A stretch of DNA of 42,198 bases, from positions 1 through 42,198 of IMG/VR virus record IMGVR_UViG_3300045988_036440. One strand, 5' to 3'. Position numbers and translations under genes: made by a program. The notes under the pieces are model-generated. The model saw only the letters and a list, made by a program, of their open reading frames with translations, ran no database searches and was not told the DNA's origin. Shown here in pieces: positions 1 through 7,948 of this stretch. Origin of the DNA: a virus. The first letter of the stretch is position 1; each line of letters opens with the position of its first letter.

Positions 1-79
1 AGAAAAAAGCGCCGCCGTCCAAAGGGCAGCGGCAGCGTGTACAAGCTGAAAGGGGTCCGGGCAAGGCCCTATGTAGCCG
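1..79. repeat. Terminal direct repeat, identical to 42120-42198. Interpreted as the assembly overlap of a circular sequence.
   Basis: The same 79-nt string, agaaaaaagcgccgccgtcc...ggccctatgtagccg, was read at both ends. Confidence 0.95.
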
Positions 80-1035
80 TGACCGGGAAAAAGGAAGTGC
101 TGGGCACATACGGAACGCCCGGAGAAGCCGTCCAGGCGCTTGACGCATACAATGCCCAGAACACCCCGGCAGAGCGCCTGAAGTGTACTTTTGCGGATGC
201 CTACGAGAAATGGCGGGCACAGCCGAAGTTTTCAAGTCTCAGCCGGGACATGATAAATGGATACGAGCTGGCTTTCAAAAAATCCGCTCCGCTGTACAGC
301 CGACAAATGCGAGACCTGAAAGCGGAGGACTATCAGCAGATCATAGACCAGATGGTTGCAGACGGTCTCTCCCGCAGCTCGTGTGAGAAGCAGCGCACCC
401 TTTTCAGCCAGCTATGTGAATGGGCAATGGCCCAGGACATCATAAACAAGAACTATGCCCAGCTCCTTCACCTTCCTGCCGCGGCCGGAAAGGCGGAGCG
501 CACCCTTACGGCGGACGAGATTGCTCGGATCAGCGCCTACCAGACCGACAAGCGCTTCGGTCAGACAGCGCAGATCGCTATGGTGCTTCTCTATACCGGC
601 ATGCGCATCGATGAGCTGCTTTCCATGCGCTGCGAGAACGTGTACCTGAAAGAGCACTACATGCAGGGCGGTGAAAAAACGGAAGCGGGAAAAAAACGCA
701 TCATCCCCATCCTCGACCCCATTTACAAAATCATCGCCTTCTGGATGATGGACAGCGGGTGCGAGTGGCTGATACCTTCCAAGGCCGGAACAAAGCTGGA
801 CAAGAGAAACGTGGCCACGAAGTTCCGGGCCTTGATGCAGGAGTGTCAGATCGATGGCGTGCACCCGCACACCCTTCGCCACACGGCCAGCAGCAAGATG
901 GTGGAGTGCGGTCTTGAAAAAACTGCCGTGCAGGCTATCCTCGGCCACAAAAATTTTTCCACCACAGCAAACAAGTACGTTTCCCACAACGACCCGGCAT
1001 ACTTGTTACAGGAGATGCAAAAGATGAAATACTGA
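1..1035 (+). CDS. int: Tyrosine recombinase (integrase), C-terminal part. The real start is the ATG at 42024, across the window junction.
   Basis: The frame is open from nt 1 and continuous with 42024..42198. C-terminal motifs HTLRHTASS and ILGHKNFSTTANKYVSH are typical of tyrosine recombinases. Confidence 0.9.
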   Translation, partial: RKKRRRPKGSGSVYKLKGVRARPYVAVTGKKEVLGTYGTPGEAVQALDAYNAQNTPAERLKCTFADAYEKWRAQPKFSSLSRDMINGYELAFKKSAPLYSRQMRDLKAEDYQQIIDQMVADGLSRSSCEKQRTLFSQLCEWAMAQDIINKNYAQLLHLPAAAGKAERTLTADEIARISAYQTDKRFGQTAQIAMVLLYTGMRIDELLSMRCENVYLKEHYMQGGEKTEAGKKRIIPILDPIYKIIAFWMMDSGCEWLIPSKAGTKLDKRNVATKFRALMQECQIDGVHPHTLRHTASSKMVECGLEKTAVQAILGHKNFSTTANKYVSHNDPAYLLQEMQKMKY

Positions 1036-1037
1036 TT

Positions 1038-1059
1038 TTGTTAGCTTGTTTGTTAGCTT
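1038..1059 (+). repeat. Two direct copies of TTGTTAGCTT (1038-1047 and 1050-1059) just after the int stop. Possible arm-type binding sites.
   Basis: Read directly from the sequence. The position between int and attP fits arm-type sites. Confidence 0.4.
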
Positions 1060-1105
1060 ATTCTGAATTTTTACCGCTTTTTGCCGTGTTTTCACAAAAG
1101 AAAAT

Positions 1106-1147
1106 GCCGTTCATGTGATTCAATATCACGAATGAACGGCATTTTTT
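1106..1147 (+). terminator. Rho-independent terminator downstream of int
   Basis: Hairpin GCCGTTCAT..GTGAT-TCAAT-ATCAC..ATGAACGGC followed by ATTTTTT. Confidence 0.7.
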
Positions 1148-1196
1148 GGAGCTGGTGACAGGAGTTGAACCTGCAACCCACTGATTACAAATCAAT
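1147..1196 (-). other. attP core: the 3' half of a tRNA-Thr(UGU) gene (anticodon arm, variable loop, T arm, acceptor 3' strand, CCA). No 5' half is present.
   Basis: The reverse complement reads ATTGA-TTTGTAA-TCAGT GGGTT GCAGG-TTCAACT-CCTGT CACCAGC T CCA. No D arm or 5' acceptor strand follows. Confidence 0.7.
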
Positions 1197-1311
1197 AATA
1201 TTTTTCGTATTTATGCTATTTTTGCAGTAAATGTTGGCTTGTTGTTTGCTTATGGCGCATTCTAAAAGCGATAAATCGTCCGCCTTATATTACAACAAAT
1301 GTTGCAAAAAT

Positions 1312-1650
1312 TCAACGCATGTATGCGGAGCGTTCTTTTGTAACGGCTTCGCACAGGCCAGAAACAAGGTCTTCCGCCATGCTCCACATGTGATGCAGCT
1401 CTACGCCAGCCGCAGAATCCTCGCTGTCAACGCCGGTAAGGATTTTCTGCGCAATGCGGCGGTTTGCGTCAGCGTGCTCCATTTCTTCCCCAGAGAGCTT
1501 ATACCACTCAGAAGAAGCGTAGGGGCAGACAGTTTTATAGTCCATCGCCATGCTTGCGTAGTTCATCGCATCGCTGTATTCTTCGGCCATTTGCTTTGCA
1601 GCATGAACAAGTGTGTCCTTATACCCTGCAAACTTTGCTTCATCCATCAT
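1312..1650 (-). CDS. Hypothetical protein (112 aa), cargo position between the lysis genes and attP
   Basis: ORF with RBS GGGGGAGG upstream of the ATG. TGA stop. Confidence 0.6.
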   Translation of the reverse strand: MMDEAKFAGYKDTLVHAAKQMAEEYSDAMNYASMAMDYKTVCPYASSEWYKLSGEEMEHADANRRIAQKILTGVDSEDSAAGVELHHMWSMAEDLVSGLCEAVTKERSAYMR

Positions 1651-1666
1651 AGCTAGATCCTCCCCC

Positions 1667-1867
1667 TTACAGTTTTTCCACGGCCACAGCCATATTGTTC
1701 ACCACGGCAGCAGTACCGGTCAGCAGGAAGCTCAGGATAGAGCTTTCGCAGCCGCACGCATTGCGCACCAGGAAAGTCAATGCCAGATTGGTCGGTGCAG
1801 CCGCAGCGGCCACAACCTGAGAAGCGGTAGCGCCGATGACAGCCACACCGTCCTTCTGGCCGGTCAA
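1667..1867 (-). CDS. Small hydrophobic Ala/Gly/Cys-rich protein (66 aa from TTG; an alternative GTG start lies at 1846)
   Basis: The ORF overlaps the upstream stop as TTGA. It contains two hydrophobic stretches. The start signal is weak. Confidence 0.35.
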   Translation of the reverse strand: MTGQKDGVAVIGATASQVVAAAAAPTNLALTFLVRNACGCESSILSFLLTGTAAVVNNMAVAVEKL

Positions 1868-2076
1868 GTCCTTGCAGCGCAGGTGGCAGCACTACGCGAG
1901 CCGCCGCCACAGGCAGCACCGAGCCAAAAAGGCTGCGGCAACTCTCCGGCGTTGCGCACCATATTGCCAATGCTGGCAAAATGGTGACGTTTTGTCACCG
2001 TTTCGCCGTCAAGGCGGACTTCATTCGTGAAAACCGCCCATTTTAACGCGTGTTGCAGATATGTAGTGCTTGCCAT
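1864..2076 (-). CDS. Small protein (70 aa) with a Gly/Ala/Cys-rich C-terminus
   Basis: Strong RBS AAGGAGG 5 nt upstream of the ATG. Lies directly after the holin gene. Confidence 0.6.
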   Translation of the reverse strand: MASTTYLQHALKWAVFTNEVRLDGETVTKRHHFASIGNMVRNAGELPQPFWLGAACGGGSRSAATCAART

Positions 2077-2086
2077 GATATCCTCC

Positions 2087-2425
2087 TTACTGCTTTTCCA
2101 GTGCCGCTTTCATACGGTCAAAGAAAAACTGAATCACGGTGCCGATGGTTTCATCGGTGATGGCCCACGAGATAAAACGCCCATACTTGCTTGTAGCCAG
2201 GGCCGCGCGGAGCATCTGAGCCACCCAGGCTTTGCGCTCCGCGCCTTTTTTGGTGCCCTGGATGTCCTTTTCTGCCTGCGTGATGAGCTGGAGCACGGTG
2301 GGCTTGACCGCCGCGCCATAGCCCAGCCGGATGCAGCCCAGTGCGTAGAACGCAAAGCCGCCCAGCATGAGCACGAGGGCCACAGGGGTAGGAAGTGCGG
2401 TCAAAAGGTTACGAATCGCTTCCAT
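2087..2425 (-). CDS. Putative holin, LL-H-like (one N-terminal TM helix, charged C-terminal domain)
   Basis: N-terminal TM segment PTPVALVLMLGGFAFYALGCI. The downstream GTKKGAERKAWVAQML pattern resembles LL-H family holins. Sits in the lysis cassette. Confidence 0.55.
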   Translation of the reverse strand: MEAIRNLLTALPTPVALVLMLGGFAFYALGCIRLGYGAAVKPTVLQLITQAEKDIQGTKKGAERKAWVAQMLRAALATSKYGRFISWAITDETIGTVIQFFFDRMKAALEKQ

Positions 2426-2798
2426 GATTGGTGACTCCTTTCAAAAGATAGTTGTCGATGTCGGTGCGGCTCTTCTGCATCCCTTCGCGGTTGTTGCCGG
2501 ACAGCTGCGCGTCCAAAAGGTTGCGTACCCCGTTGAGGGTCAGACGGCTCACCTCGTCGATTTCTTCAAAGCGGCGCAGGTCGCGAGCGAGGGCTTGCGT
2601 GTGCTGAAGCTGGCCCTGCTCTAAGGTGCCGATGCGCTTGTCCAACTCATCCATACGCTTGTTCTGCGCGTTGTCCGGCTCCTGCGCCTTTTTGATGTAC
2701 TTGTGGATGATTTCCAGCACCTTGTCGATGGTGATGGCCGCAGCGCACAGGCTGCCCAGGACGCCCAGCACCCACAGCAAAGCTTCTTTTTCGGTCAT
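2409..2798 (-). CDS. Membrane-anchored coiled-coil protein of the lysis cassette (accessory holin or antiholin-like; function unknown)
   Basis: N-terminal TM segment LLWVLGVLGSLCAAAITI followed by a coiled coil. ATGA overlap with the endolysin stop. Confidence 0.6.
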   Translation of the reverse strand: MTEKEALLWVLGVLGSLCAAAITIDKVLEIIHKYIKKAQEPDNAQNKRMDELDKRIGTLEQGQLQHTQALARDLRRFEEIDEVSRLTLNGVRNLLDAQLSGNNREGMQKSRTDIDNYLLKGVTNHGSDS

Positions 2799-3598
2799 TT
2801 GCCCTCCCGAAGACGGGTCAGACCCTTCTTTCGGATGATACGAGGGTAGTTGATCTCGGTCACATTGAGGTCAACGTTGCCGGAGATGCCCGGCACGCTG
2901 CCCTTGCTGGTGTGCTGATGGGCATTGTACTTGAAATCCACCTTCGGGGTCTTGCCGGTGTAGTCGGCAAGCCATACGTCATAAGGATGCAGAGCCGCAC
3001 CGCCCACAAAGAGATGTGCCTTTGCAAAGCTGGTGTAGGTGTAGAGCTGGGCATAGAAGCCCAGCTGTTCCACCTCGTGCAGAGCATAGGCGGTCAGGTC
3101 GGTCAAGTCCTGCTTGTCCAGACTGACGAGCTTGTTGTCCTCCACGTCCACAGCCACAGGCAGGGTCAGTTCCTTGCCGCAGACTGCCTGACGCAGCAGG
3201 GAGAGTTCTGCGTTGACCATGTCCTTGTTGGTGGCGTAGGTGTAGTAATATACGCCCACGTCCAGCCCCGCCGCTTTGGCGTTGCGGTAGTTCGCTTCAA
3301 AGGTCGGGTCGATGTACAGGCCGTCTTCCCGCTTGGAGAGCTTGCGGTTGGTGGATACCGTCTTGAGCATGGCCCCCTTGTAGCCCGCCGCTGCCACCTG
3401 TGCCCAGTCGATGGTGCCCTGATACCGGCTCACGTCAATGTACCGGTAAGGCGGTTCGCCTGCCCACCCGGTCACGGTGTCCACAGTGGGCACGTCCGGT
3501 GCAGGAGCAGGTTCTTCCTTGTCGGCGCTGTCACCGGCAGCGTGGGAGAGCGCCGAGAAGATATCCCGCAGGAAGTCAAGCATCACTTTCCACCTCAT
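2795..3598 (-). CDS. Endolysin, glycoside hydrolase family 25 muramidase
   Basis: Motifs YIDVSRYQGTIDWAQVAAAGY and DVGVYYYTYA. RBS GGAGGAGGGG upstream. Confidence 0.85.
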   Translation of the reverse strand: MRWKVMLDFLRDIFSALSHAAGDSADKEEPAPAPDVPTVDTVTGWAGEPPYRYIDVSRYQGTIDWAQVAAAGYKGAMLKTVSTNRKLSKREDGLYIDPTFEANYRNAKAAGLDVGVYYYTYATNKDMVNAELSLLRQAVCGKELTLPVAVDVEDNKLVSLDKQDLTDLTAYALHEVEQLGFYAQLYTYTSFAKAHLFVGGAALHPYDVWLADYTGKTPKVDFKYNAHQHTSKGSVPGISGNVDLNVTEINYPRIIRKKGLTRLREGK

Positions 3599-3719
3599 AA
3601 AACCCCTCCTCCGTCAGCTTTGCCAGCACAGCATCCTTGTACCGGTCAGGCACGTTGTCGATGGTAAAAGCGCCGTCAAAGCGGTGCAGCTTAATTTGGG
3701 TCACATAGAACAAAACCAT
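3576..3719 (-). CDS. Small conserved phage protein (47 aa), CD1375/XkdX-like, preceding the endolysin
   Basis: RBS AAGGAGG. The TIDNVPDRYKDAVLAKL pattern is typical of small proteins found between tail fibre and lysis genes in Firmicute phages. Confidence 0.55.
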   Translation of the reverse strand: MVLFYVTQIKLHRFDGAFTIDNVPDRYKDAVLAKLTEEGFYEVESDA

Positions 3720-3729
3720 AACATCCTCC

Positions 3730-4104
3730 TTATTGTGCGGCCAGCAGGTCGAGCATAGCCGCTTCCAGAGCGGCAAGGCGCTCTTCTGCGGTGGGCAGCT
3801 GTGCCTTTTCCTCTGCTTCCTTGCGGGCCTTTTCCTGTGCGGCCAGCTCTTCGGCGGTGTACAGGATGTACCGCTGCACCTCCACCTCTTCGTCATAGGC
3901 TTCCTGAGCCGGAACAGCTTTGACATCCACGACTTTCTTTATGTCTTTGCCGCCGTTTTGGTATTCACGGATGGTCTCATAGTGGCTGACCTCTTCCACA
4001 CCTGCCACGGCATCGTGGTGGATGGTCTGGGTCTCGGGCTTGAGGTAGCCTTTCGTCAGGTCGGGGGCTTCGATGGGGTTTCCGTTGCTGTCGATAATTT
4101 TCAT
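3730..4104 (-). CDS. Conserved tail-fibre-associated protein (XkdW-position), 124 aa
   Basis: Clean ORF directly downstream of the fibre genes. C-terminal coiled coil EERLAALEAAMLDLL. Confidence 0.6.
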   Translation of the reverse strand: MKIIDSNGNPIEAPDLTKGYLKPETQTIHHDAVAGVEEVSHYETIREYQNGGKDIKKVVDVKAVPAQEAYDEEVEVQRYILYTAEELAAQEKARKEAEEKAQLPTAEERLAALEAAMLDLLAAQ

Positions 4105-4115
4105 AAGGTCTCCTT

Positions 4116-4595
4116 TCAGGCGACACGCCGCCAGATGTACGCGGAGTAGTAGGGGTTGAGGATGTCCATGGGCTTCGGATCAACGTAGGATTTACGTGCA
4201 ATAAAGCCCATTGCATCTGCCGCGTTGTTTCCGGTGTTATAAGCAACATGAGCACGGCCAGCAATGCTCTCTGACACACCAGACCCTCCGTATAGAATTT
4301 GTCCATAAGTCGGTGTACTGATGGAATGTTCGTGTAAGGCAACTTCGTTTTCTGCCTGCGTATGCTTCGCACTACCACCCGTACTCCCTGCCGGGTATCT
4401 ATCGGAAGCGCCCATGATAAATTTGCCCTCAATTCGTTCCCACGTTCCGCCGTAAAGCTCGGCAGGGCTGGTTGCGTTTTCGCTGATGTACAGACTGCCC
4501 ACGGGGTGGTCTCGCTCGACTACCGCCGCAAGGACTTGCTGATAGATAGCATAGGCATCAGGGCCAATGCCGTTTTTGAGTTCTCCTAGTGCCAT
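4116..4595 (-). CDS. Short tail fibre / receptor-binding protein with a collar-type C-terminal domain (159 aa)
   Basis: RBS AAAGGAG. Motifs HPVGSLYIS, GGTWERIEGKFIMGAS, HEH and the C-terminal PYYSAYIWRRVA. Confidence 0.7.
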   Translation of the reverse strand: MALGELKNGIGPDAYAIYQQVLAAVVERDHPVGSLYISENATSPAELYGGTWERIEGKFIMGASDRYPAGSTGGSAKHTQAENEVALHEHSISTPTYGQILYGGSGVSESIAGRAHVAYNTGNNAADAMGFIARKSYVDPKPMDILNPYYSAYIWRRVA

Positions 4596-4610
4596 TGTTT
4601 CTCCTTTCAG

Positions 4611-5489
4611 TTATGCCACTCTGCGCCAGGTGTACACGGAGTAGTAGGGAGGTAATATATTAAGCGGTGTTCCATCACCTAGCAGGTATGTTTTTCCTGT
4701 ATGCGAAAAATTACCGCTTCCATCGCTGTGTTCGTGTGTGATTGATACAACGTCAAAGGCGTTTCCTTCAGAACCTTTCGTGATTAACGTTTCCAGGCCT
4801 ATGCTCTCATTGGGGAGGTTTGTTTTAGCTATAGTTTTCGTCGCGCTACCGCCCGTACTCCCTGCCGGGTAGGTATCACTTGCGCCCATGATAAATCTGC
4901 CCTCGATGCGCTCCCATGTGCCGCCGCCAAATGTCACAGCCGGGTTTTCCGGGCTGATGGTCTGATAAATACTGCCTACGGGATGTGCCGCAAGCAGGAA
5001 GTTGGAATAGATGGAGCCGTCACCATAGAACTGACCGCCATACTTGATGGGATACCACCGGGCGGAAATTCCCGCAGTCGGAATGTTGTGTGCACGGATA
5101 CGGATAGCTCCGGCTCGAGTTTCGGGGTTTACAAGCATAGCTTTACCGGCTACGTCTGCGCTTGCAGGGTCGATGCTGACAGATACCACAGTCGTGGACG
5201 TAACGTCTGCTGTAATGTCAATGTAATGCGGGTACTCTGCAATTTCTGTGTCTGTCTGCCACCCCGTAATCGGAATAAAAAGATCATGCGGATCGACGGA
5301 GTCTGCTTTGCCCTCATTCAGCGCCGTTGCCGCCTTCTGTGCGTTGTTGACCTGTTTCATCAGGTAATTGTACCCGTGCTGGTCGTCCAGGCCAGCTTCT
5401 GCGCCGGTCGGGGCGATGATCTGGCCGGATGTCCAATTTTCCGGGAGATCAGCGGGAAGAGGAATGTTTTTCAGGATATCATCCGCCAT
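4611..5489 (-). CDS. Tail fibre / receptor-binding protein (292 aa), with a C-terminal domain paralogous to 4116..4595
   Basis: Start chosen at MADDILK (ATG 5489), which has RBS AAGGAGGG. The C-terminus carries HPVGSIYQT, GGTWERIEGRFIMGAS, HEH and PYYSVYTWRRVA. Confidence 0.7.
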   Translation of the reverse strand: MADDILKNIPLPADLPENWTSGQIIAPTGAEAGLDDQHGYNYLMKQVNNAQKAATALNEGKADSVDPHDLFIPITGWQTDTEIAEYPHYIDITADVTSTTVVSVSIDPASADVAGKAMLVNPETRAGAIRIRAHNIPTAGISARWYPIKYGGQFYGDGSIYSNFLLAAHPVGSIYQTISPENPAVTFGGGTWERIEGRFIMGASDTYPAGSTGGSATKTIAKTNLPNESIGLETLITKGSEGNAFDVVSITHEHSDGSGNFSHTGKTYLLGDGTPLNILPPYYSVYTWRRVA

Positions 5490-6840
5490 AAAGCAATGTT
5501 CCCTCCTTGAAGATAATGGTGTGTTTGAACTTTGTTCTGGTCTTGGTTTCGATGCTAACATCGTCCTGTGTGAGGGCGGTTCCGAACGCATCTTGCGCGG
5601 AGATGGCAGAGACTTTTGTGATCTTTTCCGATGGCAGAAGCTCATACTGCAGCGTGACTGCCGCACCGGAAAGGCTCTTTGCGAGGTTCGGAACGGTATA
5701 ATCGCCGTTCAGCTGCACCATGTTGATGTGATCTGCCAGGTACGAGGCAAGGCTTGCCAGGAACAGCTGGGTCACAGATGCGGAAGCGGGCGCGGCGGCC
5801 GTCACCGGGACAAAATAATTTTGTCCCGGTGACGCAAAGGCATCCTTGCCCAAAATCCAGCTGCCAAGAAGATAGTGATACCGGCTTCCGTTTGCCAGCA
5901 CGGTGTCCGCGCCCTCCAGAATGGAGAGATTTACGTCCACGTCCGTTTTTTCGTTAATGCCGAAATAGCAGTCCGATGCGTACAGCGTTTCTCCCGCATC
6001 GTTCAGGAGCTCATAGTGGTTGACGGTCGAATTACCTGCCTCCGGTTCAATGGATGCTTCCAGCTTCAGGTTCTCGCCCGCGATCATCAACGTTTCAGAA
6101 CCCACCTGCAGTGTCGCAGATGCAATGACGCTTTTCAGCGGTTTCACGGTCGCTGCGCGGTTGAGCCGTGCCGTCGTGGCAAGCTCTGCCGCCTTGTGGG
6201 CCACGTCCAGAAGAAGCGTCCGCGTCAGTGTCGGCGATGCAGCGGCCTTTGCGGTCGTCCATCCTCCGAGTTCGGCAAACGGCTTTTTTCCAAGGGCCCA
6301 GCCGCCCAGACGATACTGATAATCGTATTTCTGCACATCGACCTGCTCTGTGATCAGGATCCCGGTCTTGAGGTACGGCATACTGATAAATACGATGTGA
6401 GCGGGCTTGATCTGGTTGATCAGGTGCGTCACCTCGTCGTAGTACGACTGGTTCTTTGCGCTCGTCGCAAGCCTCAGCTCGTAGAGCGGGTATGTGATGG
6501 AGCACGTCCATTCACCAGCGCCAATTAGTTCATCCAGCTTCTGATGCAGAAACCCCAGTGTGTAGGGCGGGCGGGTCGCAATGCGGGTCATTACACGCTG
6601 CCTGCGAAACTCCAGAGATTCCTTTTCCGGGACAGCCACGATGTGAAACACCTTTTCCCACTGTGCAACGGAATCCTCGTCCATGGTCTGGAAAAAGAAG
6701 TTGTTTTGAACCCCTTCCACGGAACCGGCCAGCAAACCAAACTCCGCTTTTTCAGCAGTGCAGATCTGCTGATAGTCCTGCACTTCCCGGTAGATGGGCG
6801 GCAGCAGCGGCAGCAGGTCGTGCGAAAGATCAAGCTTCAT
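5479..6840 (-). CDS. Baseplate/tail protein, XkdU (DUF2313/gpI-like) N-terminal domain with a long fibre-like extension
   Basis: The N-terminus LLPLLPPIYREVQDYQQI...FFFQTMDEDSVAQWEKVF resembles the XkdU/YmfQ family. Follows the baseplate J gene. Confidence 0.65.
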   Translation of the reverse strand: MKLDLSHDLLPLLPPIYREVQDYQQICTAEKAEFGLLAGSVEGVQNNFFFQTMDEDSVAQWEKVFHIVAVPEKESLEFRRQRVMTRIATRPPYTLGFLHQKLDELIGAGEWTCSITYPLYELRLATSAKNQSYYDEVTHLINQIKPAHIVFISMPYLKTGILITEQVDVQKYDYQYRLGGWALGKKPFAELGGWTTAKAAASPTLTRTLLLDVAHKAAELATTARLNRAATVKPLKSVIASATLQVGSETLMIAGENLKLEASIEPEAGNSTVNHYELLNDAGETLYASDCYFGINEKTDVDVNLSILEGADTVLANGSRYHYLLGSWILGKDAFASPGQNYFVPVTAAAPASASVTQLFLASLASYLADHINMVQLNGDYTVPNLAKSLSGAAVTLQYELLPSEKITKVSAISAQDAFGTALTQDDVSIETKTRTKFKHTIIFKEGTLLYGG

Positions 6841-7948
6841 GCAGCGTCACCGTCCCAACCACAGGAACCTGCTGCTGTTCGCCGGTCTCTGCCAAAATCA
6901 AATCGTCCGCTGCTCCGTTCAGCTGGACGTTTATCACGTTTACCACGCCCTCTGCCGTGATGATGGCCGCAGATACGCGGGCCGTGTAGACGTTGGCGCT
7001 GTATTCAATGCCGGTCTTGCTGATATTGGTCGCCCAGCTTTTCCGTACATTGAGCAGATATGCCTCCAACGCCTCCCGTACCGCGGTGCGAACTGTATCC
7101 AGAGAGTAGCTGGGCAGGAGCGTCACCGATGCGGTGACCGAAACTTCCAGCTTCTCCGGGGCCGTGATCGTTACCTTTGCACCGATGGGCGCAAGACCGA
7201 GCCCCTGCCCGGAGTTCGGCACCGGGTCGATGGCGTTCTGAATGGTCTGCACAAGGTCGGTGGATGCAGGCAGCCAGTCCGCACCCAGAACGGAGCAGAG
7301 CACCGTGCCGCCGCCTCTCCATGTCGGGTACACCTGCACAGCGCCCACACCGTCCAGCTTTTTGATCTCCTCCACGTACTGCGCCACATTGCCGCCAAAG
7401 GAGCGACTGTTCAGCGATGACTCGATGCGGGCGCGGAATTCGTCATCGGTCTCGGTCTCGTCTCCGGGTGTCAGGATATCCGAGATCCGGGCAGAGGTCA
7501 GGCCCTGAATGGTGTCGATGGGTAGGATAGGGCCGGTGTAGTCGTTGCCGATGGTGCCGGGTGTTTCGGCCAGAAGGCGGTAGGTGTGCCCGGAACCCAT
7601 AGCGGACAGCGCAATAAAGTTGATACTGTCCGCGCCGTTGATGGTAGAGAACCGGCTGCCCAGCGGGACAGCCACATTGAACTCGCCTTTTCGCACCGCC
7701 GCCGTGGCCTGCTTGCGGGTAACGCTGGCGATGGGTGCCAGCAGATCCAGTGCTCTGCCGGTGGCTGTCTGAAAAAACGCCTGCCGCTGCACCATGTTCA
7801 GGGAAAGAAAGAACCCCTCAAAGACATAGGCGGCGGGAGAAAGAGCCGTTGGGATGGGGCTTGTGTCCCGCTTGTCGTAGTCGTCCGGGATCTGAGACAG
7901 CATATAGTCCAGAATAGCCCGGTACTGTGCGGTAGAAAAATCGATCAT
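6830..7948 (-). CDS. Baseplate J-like protein (XkdT-like)
   Basis: Start at MIDFSTAQY (ATG 7948, RBS GGAGGTG, ATGA overlap with the upstream gene). Size and position match XkdT/gp47-like proteins. Confidence 0.7.
   Translation of the reverse strand: MIDFSTAQYRAILDYMLSQIPDDYDKRDTSPIPTALSPAAYVFEGFFLSLNMVQRQAFFQTATGRALDLLAPIASVTRKQATAAVRKGEFNVAVPLGSRFSTINGADSINFIALSAMGSGHTYRLLAETPGTIGNDYTGPILPIDTIQGLTSARISDILTPGDETETDDEFRARIESSLNSRSFGGNVAQYVEEIKKLDGVGAVQVYPTWRGGGTVLCSVLGADWLPASTDLVQTIQNAIDPVPNSGQGLGLAPIGAKVTITAPEKLEVSVTASVTLLPSYSLDTVRTAVREALEAYLLNVRKSWATNISKTGIEYSANVYTARVSAAIITAEGVVNVINVQLNGAADDLILAETGEQQQVPVVGTVTLHEA

Noticed and set aside
1-79. The terminal 79-bp direct repeats as att sites, LTRs or insertion-sequence ends
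   Set aside because: The repeat lies inside the integrase coding frame and simply closes the gene. An assembly overlap of a circular molecule is the simplest explanation.
3576-3926. The 116-aa ORF from the track
   Set aside because: Its N-terminal 69 residues are Arg/Lys/Pro-rich shadow sequence overlapping gene 3730..4104. Only the last 47 codons, from ATG 3719 with RBS AAGGAGG, look real.
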